DNA from: Porphyridium purpureum | Taxonomy: Eukaryota | Direction of reading: 5' to 3' | Length of the DNA: 64,000 nucleotides | Assembly (NCBI GenBank): GCA_008690995.1 | Contig: VRMN01000015.1 | Span: forward strand, 248,001 to 312,000 | Part shown: piece by piece, positions 1-11,711 of the stretch | How positions within the stretch are numbered: position 1 is the stretch's first letter | Layout of the letters: every line of letters begins with the position of its first letter | Notes under the pieces: model-generated | Told to the model about the DNA's origin: nothing | What the model saw: the letters and a program-made list of their open reading frames with translations, nothing else | The model's database searches: none | Program-made: the position numbers and the translations under genes

Positions 1-1592
1 CCTCGAGCGCAATTTCTGTCAGGGCGCCGTCTAGCCCTTCGTACACCTTGCGCAAATCGTCCAGCGTTTCGCACGCGCCGCTACGCACCACCAGCCGCTT
101 GTCTCGGCCGCTGAGTGTAACGTCCACAACCGCTTCAAAGCTGCGAATGATTTGAAGCACCGCATTTGAGTCACTCGGTGAGTCGATGAGGTGGTCTGCA
201 TGTTGAGTTTCCGGTGCCGAATCGACATGTCTGTCAAACAGCAGCGAGTGGATGCCAGCCGTCAGGGCGATTCCTGTACCACTTTGCGTGTGCTGCTGCT
301 GAAGTTGCTGGACACCCGAACCGAGCAAGTTCCGTAGGGTCTGGCGGAGATTGTACGCAGCTTTAGCGCAGGCATACATATGCAACCAATCGTTCGTGCT
401 CGCTTGGTGTTCACGGGCGCGGCGCACCGCGCCGGGAATGTTCTTGAGCATTTTTAGACTGTCGCGAAGTGCTTCAAATGGTGCAGGCTCAACGCCCATC
501 AAGAGCTGGACCGTCGAGTGACGCCTCACGAGTTGTGCATGGTCCGTGAGCGGGCAGCGCATCCACTCGCGAAGTACTTGCGCACCAAGGGCTGACTTTG
601 TACAGTCCAGAATACCACAAAGCGACACGCTTTCCTTGGCGCGGCCCAAGCCGCCCAGCTGCGGGTGTGACTCGGAGCCAAAGATATTTAGCAAGGAAAA
701 CACCTGAGGAGGTATAAGCACCGCGCCATCGAGCTGCAGCGGAAGCACGCGAGCAACTCCGAGCGCCGGATTGGACATGCCCATGCTCGCCTCACCATCT
801 GCTGCAAGTGCAGCGCTTCGTGCCAGCCACAACATCAGTCCACCCACTGCTCGCACTGACACGGCATACGAAGGCTCCGCCAAAATGCTCAAGAGGCACT
901 CACTGCCGGCGTCAGGACTACCTGCGGCAGCAGACATGGTTTGTTTCTGATGCGCAAGCGCCCGCGCCGCAGCGCTCGCAGATGCAGTGGAAAAGGAAGC
1001 ATTTGCAGTAAAGAGAATCGGTGAGCGATCACCACGGTCTGCGTCGCCTTCATCTAAGTTAAACGGCTCCGCGAAGGCGTCATCTTGCGGATTCTCCACC
1101 GTCCTCGACCGAGCTACCACTTTGAGGCCGTCGCGGACCGCGTCCATCAGTGTTTTGTTATTCTGATGAGTGAGAAAAGGAGGAGACAGTCCGGCGAAAC
1201 GTATTTCGGTCAGCATTAAACATCACTCCTTTCGAAGCGGTCGGACAGTGCCATGCAGTCCTGTCTTGGACCAAGCATTCCGCTCAACGGCAAAAAAGCC
1301 AGGACCAGTCATGGTTTTCTGCTTTTCGCTTTGTCAGACGAGGAGGCAAGCGTACCTTGAGCGCAGCTGGGAGCAAAACTGCTGCCACACCGGTCTGCAC
1401 AATGGATGCAGACACGGCCGTGTACACACGGTCCACGGCAGTCTGCATAAATGCGAGCTCGCGCCGAGCATCGCGCCATACGGCCAGCCCCACCGCGTCC
1501 TTGCTCACCACGCACGCCATAATATCCCGCGAATGCTCTGCATGCTCTTCTTGTGCCAGCGGTGCACCACCGCGCGCACCGTCCGCATCCAT
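1..1592 (-). CDS. MSH5: MutS homolog 5 (meiotic MutS-gamma subunit); two exons visible (1592-1356 and 1162-<1), 3' end outside the window
   Basis: Manual translation of the minus strand gives VFSLLNIFGSESHPQLGGLGRAKESVSLCGILDCTKSALGAQVLREWMRCPL, matching the MSH5 'IF...HP....GRAKEG.SLFG.L..C....G...LR.W...P' segment. Exon 1 (MDADG...IMACVVSKDAVGLAVW..RRELAFMQ) resembles the MSH5 N-terminus. A phase-0 intron 1355-1163 (AAG|GTACGC...CATCAG|AAT) restores the frame. Confidence 0.88.
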
Positions 1593-1698
1593 TCTCCTCC
1601 CGCTCCTCTTCCCCTTCCGCAAGCTCGTCGACGATCAGCGCGGTTCGCGCCAAGCACTTGGACGCGACGTCTCGACGCGCCTGACGCGTGCATGTCGG

Positions 1699-4281
1699 AT
1701 GGGCATGGCGCGGAGAGCCTGTGCTGTGCGCGTGATCGCGCTGCTAGCGGTGCTGGTGGGCGCGCGATCATGTGTGCTGGCAGATACTCCGCCAAACCAT
1801 CGCAGATGGGGACTGTGGCGGCCGCGGCTCATCGCGGGTGTGCGCAGTAATGTGCGTGACTCGGCTATGTTTGGGATAGGATGGCAGGGCGAAGGCGCCG
1901 TGCGGAGCGCGCTGCGCATGTGCGCGGACGATGGCAGTAATGGCGTCCAGTTCGGATACGTCCGGCACGATGGTCGTGCGTACGCACAGCAAGTTATCGT
2001 GGACGCGCAGCTCCAGATCAAGATGAACATGGACTGGATTCTCGTTGAGCACAAAACCAGAGATCACCTGCCAGCATTTGCGTGGGTGCTGCGCATCACG
2101 GGCGAACACATCGAAACAGAGCAAGACTTACGCTCTGCCTCTGGTGCATCATACGTTTCACTCTTTCTCACAGCGGCCAGCGGTGCCGATGAAGACGACA
2201 TTGAAGGGCAGGAAGAGGAACCACATGTGTTGTCCGAAATTGAGTGTACTGGTCATTCATCGGATGTCTGCATCCAAGGCCAAAGCGGAAGAAGTGTCTC
2301 AGCGCTTACGCCATACAAGCTCATGTACAAGCAGCCCACCTATGGCACGCCGCCCACTCTATCCTTTGCGGCAAGGCCGCCGAAATTAGCGTATCCTGAA
2401 CACATCGTGAGTACGTGGGACGCTTCAATCAGTGCACTTTTGGTCGCAAAAGACGCCAGCAAGCACAGTAAAGGTCCAAGAAGAGACCTTTCGCAACCAG
2501 TAACCGTGCTTGGTGCCTGGGCGCGTGAGCAACAATTCGCGTCTGAGCAGCATGTCCTCAGGTACATGAAGGACGACGGAAGCGGTGTCAGGACGTTGCA
2601 TGCGGATGACCCAGAAGCCGTCGATTCATGCGCAGACGCCAGGACATGCTCAGTCGCTGTGGTACAGCGTGTGCTGGAGCGCGATTTTCGAGTCGAAATC
2701 GTGTTTTCCGAATTCGCTTTCGACGACGAGCTTCTCGTGTCACTGTGTGGGGCGGCGTTAGATGAGCGCATTGAGAGGGCTCGACGTGCGTTCGACGACC
2801 GCTTTCATGCCGTGTTTCGCGGCATTGCGCAGAACTACAAGGCCGGCAGTACCGAGACTCGCATGGCAACGTACGCCTTGTCTAACTTGCTCGGCGGCTT
2901 TGGCTTTTTCCACGGGTCGTCTTGGGTCGAGCGGGAAAACACCGAAATCGCCACCAGCACAGATGCTGGCATTGAGCCAAAAAACAAGTTGGAGACTCGT
3001 GAAGTTGCTCAAGTACTTGGACAAGACGGCAAACTCGCGGCCTTAACACCGCAGAATTTTTTTACGGCGACGCCGTCGCGTGTTGTGTTTCCACGCGGAT
3101 TCTTGTGGGACGAGGGCTTCCACCAGCTGGTCGTCCTGCAATGGGACACTCAGCTAGCTCTAGAAAGTCTGATGTCATGGCTTGGCGTGATTCGGAGCTC
3201 CGGCTGGATTCCGCGAGAGCAGGTACTTGGCTTTGAAGCGCGAGCAGCGTTTCCCAAGCACATTAGCCACCTCATGATTCAAAATCCAAGCGTTGCCAAC
3301 CCGCCTACCATGTTGATGCCGTGGCAAGTGCTCGCCCGGCGGTGCCACAATATGCATCAGGGAACGAAGGAGAATTCGCTCGACCGCGTGCACCCCGAAC
3401 AAGACGCAACATGCTCAGCGGCCACTTGGGAGCACGTAGCCAACGCGCTTGGTCTGCATCTCCGCTGGCTGGATACCAATCAGCGCACGCGCGACGCGTC
3501 GGCCTACCAGTGGAAGGGCCGGAACGAGCGGCACCGCCCGCAAAATGGCCGCAACCCGTTCACCTGGGCATCCGGACTTGACGACTATCCGCGCGCGCGG
3601 GTGCCCAGCGCTCAGGAAAAGCATCTGGATCTGCATACTTGGATGGTCTGGGCGCATTCTGCGATGGTCACCATTACATCGCTTGCAGGACACAGCGAAT
3701 CGTCTGTTGACGCACTCAAGCGACGCGCTGACGAGTTGAAAAGCATGATGGAAACGCAGTTTGGAGGGGGTTCGGATCGCCATGGCCTTTTGTTCGACTT
3801 GGATCGTGACGGCGCACAGATTGAGCACGTTGGTTACGTCAGTCTTTTCCCCTTAATGCTAGGGGTGCTGCCGCACGACTCACCGCGCGTAGGCGCGGCG
3901 CTAGCCGCGATGCAAGATCCAGAACAGCTCTGGAGCGTGGCAGGCATCCGCTCGCTTTCAAAATCGGACGACTACTACTTGAAAGGTGATCAGTACTGGA
4001 CGGGACCCGTGTGGATCCCGATCAATTATCTGCTGCTTGGTGCTTTGCACAACAAGTACGCCGCATATCCCGGACCATACCGTGAGCGCGCGCGTGCGCT
4101 CTACGATGATTTACGGCGAACAATTGTGACCAACATGGCGCGCAACTTTGAACAGCAAAGCACGCTGTTCGAGAATTACAATGATCGGACTGGCGATGGC
4201 CAAAAGGGCCGCCTTTTCACTGGCTGGTCCTCGCTGATCGTGCTCATTATGGCTGAAGAGTACGAAGGACTGATTGTATAG
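1699..4281 (+). CDS. GCS1: Mannosyl-oligosaccharide glucosidase I (GH63)
   Basis: Motifs WGLWRP, ALSNLLGGFGFFHG, FTATPSRVVFPRGFLWDEGFHQL, GWIPREQVLG, ANPPT, SGLDDYPR, HVGYVSLFP, YWTGPVWIPINYL and FENYN...FTGWSSL. Probable start is ATG 1699 or 1705, followed by a hydrophobic signal anchor. The ORF-track start at 1357 overlaps MSH5 exon 1. Confidence 0.95.
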   Translation: MGMARRACAVRVIALLAVLVGARSCVLADTPPNHRRWGLWRPRLIAGVRSNVRDSAMFGIGWQGEGAVRSALRMCADDGSNGVQFGYVRHDGRAYAQQVIVDAQLQIKMNMDWILVEHKTRDHLPAFAWVLRITGEHIETEQDLRSASGASYVSLFLTAASGADEDDIEGQEEEPHVLSEIECTGHSSDVCIQGQSGRSVSALTPYKLMYKQPTYGTPPTLSFAARPPKLAYPEHIVSTWDASISALLVAKDASKHSKGPRRDLSQPVTVLGAWAREQQFASEQHVLRYMKDDGSGVRTLHADDPEAVDSCADARTCSVAVVQRVLERDFRVEIVFSEFAFDDELLVSLCGAALDERIERARRAFDDRFHAVFRGIAQNYKAGSTETRMATYALSNLLGGFGFFHGSSWVERENTEIATSTDAGIEPKNKLETREVAQVLGQDGKLAALTPQNFFTATPSRVVFPRGFLWDEGFHQLVVLQWDTQLALESLMSWLGVIRSSGWIPREQVLGFEARAAFPKHISHLMIQNPSVANPPTMLMPWQVLARRCHNMHQGTKENSLDRVHPEQDATCSAATWEHVANALGLHLRWLDTNQRTRDASAYQWKGRNERHRPQNGRNPFTWASGLDDYPRARVPSAQEKHLDLHTWMVWAHSAMVTITSLAGHSESSVDALKRRADELKSMMETQFGGGSDRHGLLFDLDRDGAQIEHVGYVSLFPLMLGVLPHDSPRVGAALAAMQDPEQLWSVAGIRSLSKSDDYYLKGDQYWTGPVWIPINYLLLGALHNKYAAYPGPYRERARALYDDLRRTIVTNMARNFEQQSTLFENYNDRTGDGQKGRLFTGWSSLIVLIMAEEYEGLIV

Positions 4282-4305
4282 TACCGAAAAAATGAATATG
4301 CACTT

Positions 4306-6576
4306 TCACTTGTCGAGCGAAAGGCGAAGCGCGACGCGCTCGGCCAAAGCTCGTGAAATGCCCGGAACCTGACTTATGTCATCGACCTTTGCCAACTGCA
4401 GTTTCTTGATGTTCCCCTCAAATGCTTGAAGGAGCGCATGTGTTCGCTTAGGCCCAAGCCCCGTAATGTCTTCAAGCACCGAGCTGCTCAGCGCCGTTTT
4501 CTCTCGTATTCGGCGGTGCGTTGTTATAGCCTTACGGTGCGCCTCGTCGCGAATGCGGCAAAGAAGCATCACACCGGGACGCAGAAGCACGGATCCAGAG
4601 CTATCCAGGTTGATGGGTTCCGATGCTTCGTGGCGGAAGACTTGTTCTTCCTTTTTCGCGAGGCCAAGCAGCACAACTTGAGCGGGGCATAACAAGCCGA
4701 GCTCGTCCACGAGGACGCCATGAGCTGCGCTCAGCTGCCCCTTTCCGCCATCCACTAAAATTAGGTCCGGAAGATCTTGTTCGATGAGCGCGCGCTTCTT
4801 CGAATCAGATAGCAGACGGAGATCCGCAAATCGGCGGCGCAGCGCCTCGCGCATGCTTTCATAGTCGTCAGGCTCACCCAAAGACGACGAGCGCGTCCCG
4901 AGACGATACGTACGTGATGAGCGCGGTACGAGCTGACCGTCCACGAATCTTACACAGGATGCAACACAGTGTGTACCAGACAAATGACTTATGTCAAAGC
5001 ATTCAATAACAAGGGGCTTTGCACGTGAATCGCCTTCTTGACTGTCAGCCGACTGTCCAAAGCTCCCGGAAATCGTATCCCCAAACGTTTCGTGAATCAT
5101 CGAAGAAAGGTCTTGCAGCCTGGTTCCAACCATCGCCGAGCCGCTTTCTTCCTCTTCGAGGTCGAGGTCGGCATTGCAGCGCGCTGTTTCAAACATGTCA
5201 TGAAACGCCGGGGGCACCTTACTAGCACTTGCGATGATCAAGGCAGGCGTCGGGTTCGCGCTCGCAGATTCGCCGGCCGAACGACCACATAGTAAGGCCA
5301 GGGATGCAAGCAACGTGCCCGAGTTTGCTGGGCGCGTATCCGAGAGGATGACGGGAGGGACATAAATGTTTCCTTCTCCATCAGCGCTTTCTAAATAATG
5401 ATTCTGCAGGACTTGCTGGACGGCTTGCTCCACCAGCGCTCGCTTCTCCTTTGTGCTACTCCGACCGAAAAATGTTTCTGCAAGCGCCGGACCGGGTGCG
5501 GAGCAGTATCGCAAACTGCTCAGAATGCGTCCTGCGCGCACCTGCATAATTTGAACCAGCACTGTGTTATTGGACGAGACGAGCCTCGCGGTCACAAGAT
5601 CTGCGGCGAGCTCTGGGTCTGGTGACACGACGCTCTTCACGGACTGCGCACCTGGAAGCACCAACAGCAAATTATTGCGCTGGTCTCGAATACGTGCAGC
5701 CCGCTCAAAGTCGCAGAGAGCAGCCGCAGCAGCCATTTGAGCATTGAGATCGGACACAACTTTTTCGATGCGGCCTTGCAGCACTAGCTCGGCTTGCTTG
5801 ACACGCTCTCGGTACGTAGTGGCGGAGATGAGTTGCTGGCATACGCCTGGACAGCGCCCTAGGTCATAATTCAAGCACGGACGGTCCTTGAACAATGGCT
5901 TTTCGCGCTGGCGGAGCGCAAACAGCGACGTGACCACCTTGAGCAGCTTCTGGACTTGAGCAGAGTCCACGAACGGGCCATACAGAACGTCTGACCCCAG
6001 AGGCGAGCTGCGGACGGCGCGGCGGCGGCGGATGAGCTTGAGGTGTGGGTATTCTTCCGAGTAGGTGATGCAGATATACGGAAAGCGCTTGTCATCCTTG
6101 AGCAGTATGTTGAACTGTGGCTGCTTTGTTCGAACGAGTTGCGACTCGAGAACGAGCGCTGCCTCCTCACTGGCTGTGACCATATATCGCACGTCCCTCA
6201 CGCGCCGCATGAGCTGCACAGTTTTCACCTCACTAGGGTGCGGAGTCAGGTACGTCAAAAGCCGTGAACGCAGGTTCTTTGCCTTGCCCACGTATAAAAC
6301 CTCCTGTTGAACTGACTCAGACTCCACTCCTGGTACTCGAGATTCACCGACAAACAAGTAACATCCTGGCCGCTCCGGGGCGCGCTTTATCTTTTCTCCA
6401 AGCTCAACCGCCGCCGCATCGCTTCGTTCGTCATTTGCGCTCGCCAGCTTGGCCGTCGTGCTGGTGCCCGTGCGCGCGCGAGCGTGACTACTCGCATAAC
6501 TACAGAGCAGGCGCCTGCGGGCTCGCGCGTGCGCTGTCGTAGTGGTGCGCAGAACACGAATGAAGCACGGCGACAT
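4306..6576 (-). CDS. uvrC: UvrABC system protein C (cyanobacterial-type excinuclease subunit C) with N-terminal organelle-targeting-like extension
   Basis: GIY-YIG domain (PGCYLF, VLYVGKAKNLRSRL, ALVLESQLV..QPQFNILLKDDK), Cys region (LRQREKPLFKDRPCLNYDLGRCPGVCQ), UVR (DFERAARIRDQ), RNase H-like (IECFDISH, DDYESMREALRRRF, DLILVDGGKGQL, RDEAHR) and two HhH motifs. First in-frame ATG is 6576. Confidence 0.95.
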   Translation of the reverse strand: MSPCFIRVLRTTTTAHARARRRLLCSYASSHARARTGTSTTAKLASANDERSDAAAVELGEKIKRAPERPGCYLFVGESRVPGVESESVQQEVLYVGKAKNLRSRLLTYLTPHPSEVKTVQLMRRVRDVRYMVTASEEAALVLESQLVRTKQPQFNILLKDDKRFPYICITYSEEYPHLKLIRRRRAVRSSPLGSDVLYGPFVDSAQVQKLLKVVTSLFALRQREKPLFKDRPCLNYDLGRCPGVCQQLISATTYRERVKQAELVLQGRIEKVVSDLNAQMAAAAALCDFERAARIRDQRNNLLLVLPGAQSVKSVVSPDPELAADLVTARLVSSNNTVLVQIMQVRAGRILSSLRYCSAPGPALAETFFGRSSTKEKRALVEQAVQQVLQNHYLESADGEGNIYVPPVILSDTRPANSGTLLASLALLCGRSAGESASANPTPALIIASASKVPPAFHDMFETARCNADLDLEEEESGSAMVGTRLQDLSSMIHETFGDTISGSFGQSADSQEGDSRAKPLVIECFDISHLSGTHCVASCVRFVDGQLVPRSSRTYRLGTRSSSLGEPDDYESMREALRRRFADLRLLSDSKKRALIEQDLPDLILVDGGKGQLSAAHGVLVDELGLLCPAQVVLLGLAKKEEQVFRHEASEPINLDSSGSVLLRPGVMLLCRIRDEAHRKAITTHRRIREKTALSSSVLEDITGLGPKRTHALLQAFEGNIKKLQLAKVDDISQVPGISRALAERVALRLSLDK

Positions 6577-7200
6577 CAATACCGCAGTCGAATAGCCAGG
6601 CCAAAGAGTGTCTGTTCGCGGAGTCTTCGACGGGTAACTCGCAATGGGGCAACAATCGACGAAAAAATAAAAAAGTGGCTTTTCTCCATGCTCCAATTGT
6701 CACAAGTGACGCGAGGTGTACCGCCGAATACCTCTTACCCACGCAACACCAAATACGTATAAGATAAGAATACGTGTAGGAAGGAAGAGTAGGCACCGGC
6801 AGAAGAAGATCATCAAAAGGGAGTCTGGCGCAGAACGGCCTCAGACAAATAGCTTGGCACAATCGCCCGGTGCGGACGCACCCGCGATCCAATCGCTAGC
6901 CCCCCGCAACAATCCCTTGTGCCGTCAAGCACGTGTGGTGAGCCCTGGGGGTTCTTCGGTCTTTTCTTCTGTCCGGGGCCATTAACGACACCAATAGAAA
7001 TGGAAAACTTCGATCCACGCAAAGAAGGTCAACTCGGCTGTGAGCGGAATAAGCGTCCGAACGATTGTCAGCTGTAAATCAAGCCACCAAACTGTGGCAA
7101 CACAAGGAAGATAAGTTTTTTCAGAGCTTGAAATTCTTATGATGATTAAAATAAATTTTACTCGTAGCTTAATCAACAGCGGTCAGAACAGCAGCAACAC

Positions 7201-10200
7201 TGCCTGCCGAGCAAGCGAAGGTGCCGCGTCCGACGCTCGCCTACGAGATCGCGCATTTTATTTAGTGACGATGCAGCACCGTCGGCCTCAACGTCCACAC
7301 AGCGCCTGAACCATGCGCGCGCAATAATGTTTGTAACTTGCTTATGCACGTTACTCTATTTACGAAGCCGAAGCGACGAACACACTCCTTTTACGGTCGC
7401 CTGTGGATCGCCCCCATCTTCCGCGAGATCTAACAGCTCTGAGCTGCCGAGCATTGCATCACGCATTCAAGTAAAATTCTGCCTCTGCAAGGCTTAGTCA
7501 ATGCGTCCGCTAGTATTTCCTCGGTTTTGCAGTAGCCGATGCTCACCTTTCCACTTTTCGCCAGGTCATACACAAAAAAGGCGTATATTGACGTGCCGTG
7601 ACCTCCTAGCTTTGCCTCATTCCGTGTTCACCAACACCATGGTGACCGTGATGTCTTGCAGGACAGTAATCTTTACATCTTTTCCTCGGCTTCTCAGCAT
7701 GTCACCCGACTACAGTCCTTTACCAATGCTATCACGCAGATCCACAAGCTCTGCTTTGGTCGAGCTCTTCGCGTTCATCTTCTATTTCAGGCTCGAGCTG
7801 AATGCTACACTTTTGCCCATCATGATGGTGCAGCCAACGTGGTTTTTGCACTCGTGATGCGACGCGAATGGTGCGTCGACATATATGCGCATCCTGCCAT
7901 CCACTGCTCTCAACGTCAATGTAAGATCCCGTGATACATTGAGATACCGCAATTTTCTGAGCAGCTTGCCTCTGTCATCTTCCATTGGCGAGTGCACTCT
8001 TGTCGCCAGGAACAAGACCGCGATGAGCACATCCGGTCTAGCGCGTTTTGCCATGCACGGTATTCTGCCGACCGCAGTATGGAACTACTGTGCGTCTTCA
8101 ACAGACAATAATTTTGCTTCCGCCAAGGCGAAAGGTTGCTCGCCGTCGGAATGCTTGCTTTGCCATACCTGAGTGGTCCTCCGATATCCTGTGCAGGTAT
8201 CCTTCCATGCCTACCTTCACGTGATGCGCGCACGTGGAGTCAAATGATATGCCCAAATAGTCAACCATCTTGCCGCGCCTTCCCTTGACCTTGGGATACA
8301 TGAATATTAGTTGGCACGCGACCTCGTCGATCAGGCCTTCACCTGTTTCCAAAAGTTTAACGCTGTCGACGTGGATCAAGGCGTAGGCTACTCTGTCCTT
8401 CGTGGATCCCCAAAAGGCACTCATCGTAAGGATTCGAGACAAACCCGATGCCCTCCAGCTCTTTTCGCCACAGATGGTTGTGCCATTGTTTCCATGCATC
8501 GGTGCAACCATAAAGGGCACGCTTCAGCGTGCATTTCAATTCAATTTAATGAACGAAATCACGATACATAGGGTCGATGGCCGCTGGATACGTAGCTAGC
8601 CTACCCCTTCTGCACAAGTACATTTGTTGGCCGGAGGTTGGCAGCTCCATATTCAAGAAAGCGCCAGGGAAGTCAATGGTCGCCACTGCAGCGTTCACGT
8701 TCGCCGCCTCGCTGGCAAGCAGTGACACGGAATCCAGGGTTACACTTGGAGATGAAAAATCGGGATGGACCTCTCTGATCTGTTCGTTGCCGCCCGCGAC
8801 CATCCTTGATTCCACCCTCTCAAACTCACCATCTGCACCATACCTTTTCCGTTCCAAACAGAAATGAAGGAATGGTGCTCCGCCGGTCTTCGCGTTCGGT
8901 CACTCATTCGCACGAGCAAGAGCTCGTCCATCCCTTTGCTTGCCATCCGACGTAGCTCAGACAATATGGCCTTGAGCACGATATCCAAATTCTTCTGTAC
9001 AGCTCGCCAGACGTTTGTATGATACGCGTAGACCATTTTCCCCCTCCCTAGCTCCGTTGGCGCTCGCGAGTCCGCTTTTCACTTTCGTTCATGCCTCGCA
9101 ACCTTTCTACTTTTCTTGGCGGGTCCAGTTGCTTGGTTTTGCGGCGTTTTGTTCCATATCCACGACAGGCGCACCGATCTGCGAATGACCTTGCTCGGCG
9201 GCTGCTCTTTAGCTTGCATATCTTCAGCCGCATTTTTTCCTTCTCCTGTATGCGCTAGCGGTGCTGATGGCATTTCGATAGAGCGCTCATTCGCAGCTAC
9301 GCATTTTGGTGTCACGTCGGTCGCGCCTATTTTATACCAACTCAGCAGTGGCGCGTTAGAATATTCTGCGGCGCTGTTTCCAGGCTCCTTGTTCTCGACC
9401 AACTAAGCTTTTCGCTCTTCCAGCAATTTGATCCTGTCGTCCAGTGCTTGTACCTTCACTCGCGGGTCGCATTCTTTCTGAGGACTCTGTGGTCCGGCGT
9501 CTTGAATCCAACCATGGGTCATGATGCTGGATCCCGGGTCTCATCTACCGGCTGTGTTGGTCTCACAGTACTGACGTCAAGTATTTTAGTGGCATCTTGG
9601 GGCACTGACCCATCTGCGAGGGAGACTTCTTGATTCATCATGCTGCAGTCCAGAGTGCGGAATGCGAACCAATGGCTCTTGCGCTGGCTGTTTGACTTTG
9701 CCTACGACGTCGATCGGGTCTGTTTGTGCCGTGTCTGCCTCTACATTGCCCGCTGCGGGAGCTACAGCATGTTTTCGTGATTGAACAGGCTTGTCGGTGT
9801 ACTCGACAAGCGCCTCAGGAACGTTAAAGTCTGCCATGTAATCGTCGTCGTCATAGCCTCTTCAATCATCGCCACGGGTCATCCGTTCCCCAATATCTCC
9901 ATTGTCCTCCGCACGAGATAGTAGCTCCTCATCTGTGCCTGACACACGATGCATGCCGTAGCGATTGGCAATCACACGATCAGGCATGGGTAGTGGCATC
10001 CATCTCTGCCTCACAATGGTCTGGACGCTGTTCAAATTGAGCAGTCTGCAGCCGGTTGCTACGTTCTCCAGCACATGGAGAGCAATGCACCCAATCGTCA
10101 TTTGGGTGCTTGGTGTTGTCTACCGCTGCAGAATTCAATCGCACATAGCTGCCGAACGACGCGGGCAAGTCCCTTCTCACGTTCGGTTTCCTGCCAAAGT

Positions 10201-10600
10201 ACACAGCTTGCGATATTTCATCTTTGGCGTCAGACGCTCTAGTGGGCATTGTATTGATCGTGTGCCTTGCATACTTTACTACTCCAGTGAGCGTGGTTTT
10301 AGGCACAGCAGAAAGCACTTTGTAGATCAGCACTCGTACTCTTTCCTTTACCTGACGATTTGCCCTCTCGGCGACAGGTACCGCTTCATCACCAGCAGTA
10401 AATTCTACTGCCACTCTGGCCTCGCCTAAATCACTCATTAGCGCTTCACTTGCCTTCTCCCGGTCCGATCTTAATTCCACTACATCGATTCCGCACGAGT
10501 TCGTGCTAGCTCTGATTTTCTCCATCGCCACCCCCAGCGATGCGGCATCTTTTGCTCTCAGCGGCTCGATCAATTTATACATGCACGGCTCGTGTGGGGC
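7201..10600 (-). mobile_element. Degenerate, 5'-truncated Ty1/copia LTR retrotransposon (INT-RT-RNaseH), with probable PPT and 3' LTR
   Basis: Minus-strand fragments in copia order: integrase (VVELRSDRE, VPVAERANRQVKERVR, ~10600-9980), RT (RMVAGGNEQ, IDFPGAFLN, LKRALYG, LIHVDS, YLGI, ~8860-8100) and RNase H (YVDAPFASH, KSSTKAELV, SRHVNIRLF, ~7890-7480), with many stops and frameshifts. Purine tract AAGGAG then TGTTCG at ~7390-7382; candidate LTR 7382-7201 contains AATAAA. Confidence 0.88.
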
Positions 10601-10917
10601 AAAGGCCCCAAGCTCTTCTTTCCTCTTTCTTGCCTTCCACGTAAAGTTCCAACTGTACCTTGTTGGCAGACAGTGACCGTCACGCGACCCTTCTCCGTGT
10701 CTCAAAGATTCTTCTCCTTCTCTGTTGACGGTTGACCCTTTCTTTTCTCAATCTAGTCGTCCAATTTGACACTTTACATTAGTCTGTGTCTCTGATTTCA
10801 GGGTTTTGCAGGTTACATGGTGAAATTTACATTTATAAGGCAAAATAAACAGTAATAAGGCGGAAATGTATTATTATAAGGTGCCACAACCAATAAAGTT
10901 AGCAGCCCGATGCTAAA

Positions 10918-11255
10918 TGTACTCCACTACTAGAGATACACAAAGTGTGCAGACGACTACCTCAAACCAAACTTTTAACCAAGATGTCTCTACTCCATCG
11001 TCCTTACTCTTGCGCCTGTTCCTCTCCGCCATGAGTGCGCAACCGCGCGTCTTTATATAGACGCCCGCCGGGCGCTTGGTGATGCGCTCTGACCCGTTCG
11101 AGCCACGCCACATCAGTATCCAGCGCCACACTAGTCAAGTCACATCACATCAAGCCCGCCGGATCCCACCGACGTGCGGGACCGGCAGCTTCCCACAGTT
11201 TGTCCTCGCCTGACCCAACTGTACCCACGCGAGTGTGCACCTCGCATTCTCGACA
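10918..11255 (-). mobile_element. Solo-LTR-like segment
   Basis: GC-richer block embedded in AT-rich repeat DNA. The minus strand reads TGTCG...TATATAAAG...GGAGTACA. No target-site duplication found, and the right boundary is approximate. Confidence 0.4.
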
Positions 11256-11515
11256 ACTCATGCATGTACATTGTCGCATTATAAGTGTACATTGTAAGCG
11301 TGCAGCATATTTGCGTACCGATATAAGGTGTTTGTGCACATATTAGGTGTTTGTACATAGATATGGCGTTCTGTACACATACAAGGCAAAAATGTACATT
11401 TATGGGGCATAACGGTACCGCTTAGAAAGTGGAATAAACAGATAGAACACGGCCTATATACTATGCACTCATTATGTACAGATATAAGGTGTATTGAACA
11501 GATGCAAGGTACAAT

Positions 11516-11711
11516 GTACGCGTATAAGGCATAGTGTATGCATATAAGACAATATGTTCCCGCTTAAGAGGCTGAATGAACATTTGCAAGTCGGTATATA
11601 AACTGTACACTTACACTGTACGCTTGTAAGGCACAGTGTACATATATAGGTCATTATGTTGCCACTTACAAGACGAAGTGAACATTTACAAGTCGGCATA
11701 TACACTGTACA
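11516..11711. repeat. Degenerate ~102-bp direct tandem repeat within a wider GTAC/ATAAGG-rich array (~10820-11740)
   Basis: GTACGCGTATAAGGCATAGTGTA...TGAACATTTGCAAGTCGGTATATAAACTGTACA at 11516 recurs as GTACGCTTGTAAGGCACAGTGTA...TGAACATTTACAAGTCGGCATATACACTGTACA at 11618. Confidence 0.8.

Noticed and set aside
1357..1698. N-terminal extension of glucosidase I suggested by the ORF track
   Set aside because: Non-ATG start, and it is the antisense of MSH5 exon 1.
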